A DNA stretch of 63,705 bases, the filler included, from Octopus bimaculoides (taxonomy: Eukaryota): NCBI RefSeq assembly GCF_001194135.2. It is 7 parts of 7 records of this genome, joined end to end, with 100 filler letters (N's around TTAATTAATTAA, not from the genome) between each part and the next. Parts side by side here need not be neighbours in the genome. Positions count along the whole stretch, not along the records: positions 62,531 to 63,705 come from NC_068985.1; 6 more parts are not named here. One strand, 5' to 3'. Numbering within the stretch: position 1 is the stretch's first letter; each line of letters starts with the position of its first letter. Positions 63,505-63,705 of the stretch are shown piece by piece. Under the pieces are notes generated by a model. The model made no database searches. It had not been told where the DNA came from and saw only the letters and a list, made by a program, of their open reading frames with translations. Made by a program: the position numbers and the translations under genes.

Positions 63505-63705
63505 TAATAATAATTAATTCGTTTTATTGGCCACAAGGGCTAATATCAATTAAAGACATATAAGGACAAAGACAGGGCGAAGGTTACAAAAGGTTTTGTC
63601 CGAAAAGGTAAGAAAGTTCGTCTAAACAGAGGAAGAAAACGAAGAAAGATATAATAAATAAATAGATAAATAAATAGATAAATAAATAAGTAGAACTCCC
63701 AAAGG
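63505..63705 (-). mobile_element. 3' end of a longer retroelement with AATAAA and a (TAT)n/(TAG)n flank
   Basis: Minus strand ...GTCTTTGTCCTTATATGTC..TTAGCCCTTGTGGCCAATAAAAC; runs off the window. Confidence 0.55.

Overview
AT-rich, microsatellite-dense animal genomic DNA with many assembly gaps. The SINE families point to an octopus (cephalopod); this is an inference. No intact, nameable host gene is visible. Most interpretable sequence is transposon-derived: three tRNA-headed SINE families (labelled A, B and C here; C carries a CORE domain) and fragments of RLE-type non-LTR elements of the R4/Dong, CRE and HERO types. There are also CR1 and probable L1/Tx1 fragments, several Penelope-like elements (PLEs), a Tc1 end, a hAT end and a MITE. 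Main points of interest: (1) an R4/Dong-type family whose three visible 3' ends all abut (CATA)n/(CATG)n repeats, plus other R4-type fragments joined to (AAT)n; (2) a minimal type I hammerhead-ribozyme motif with a non-canonical CCGACGA core inside an inverted PLE terminus; (3) SINE/LINE shared 3' ends, one with a covarying hairpin; (4) phase-consistent exon chains of unidentified genes (40.3-51.3 kb on +, a small signal-peptide gene at 4.0-7.7 kb on +, and a decayed relic at 15-19.5 kb on -); (5) CpG-decay differences between SINE copies that track those putative gene bodies. Repeat boundaries are approximate. Family assignments come from motifs read by eye, not from database searches.
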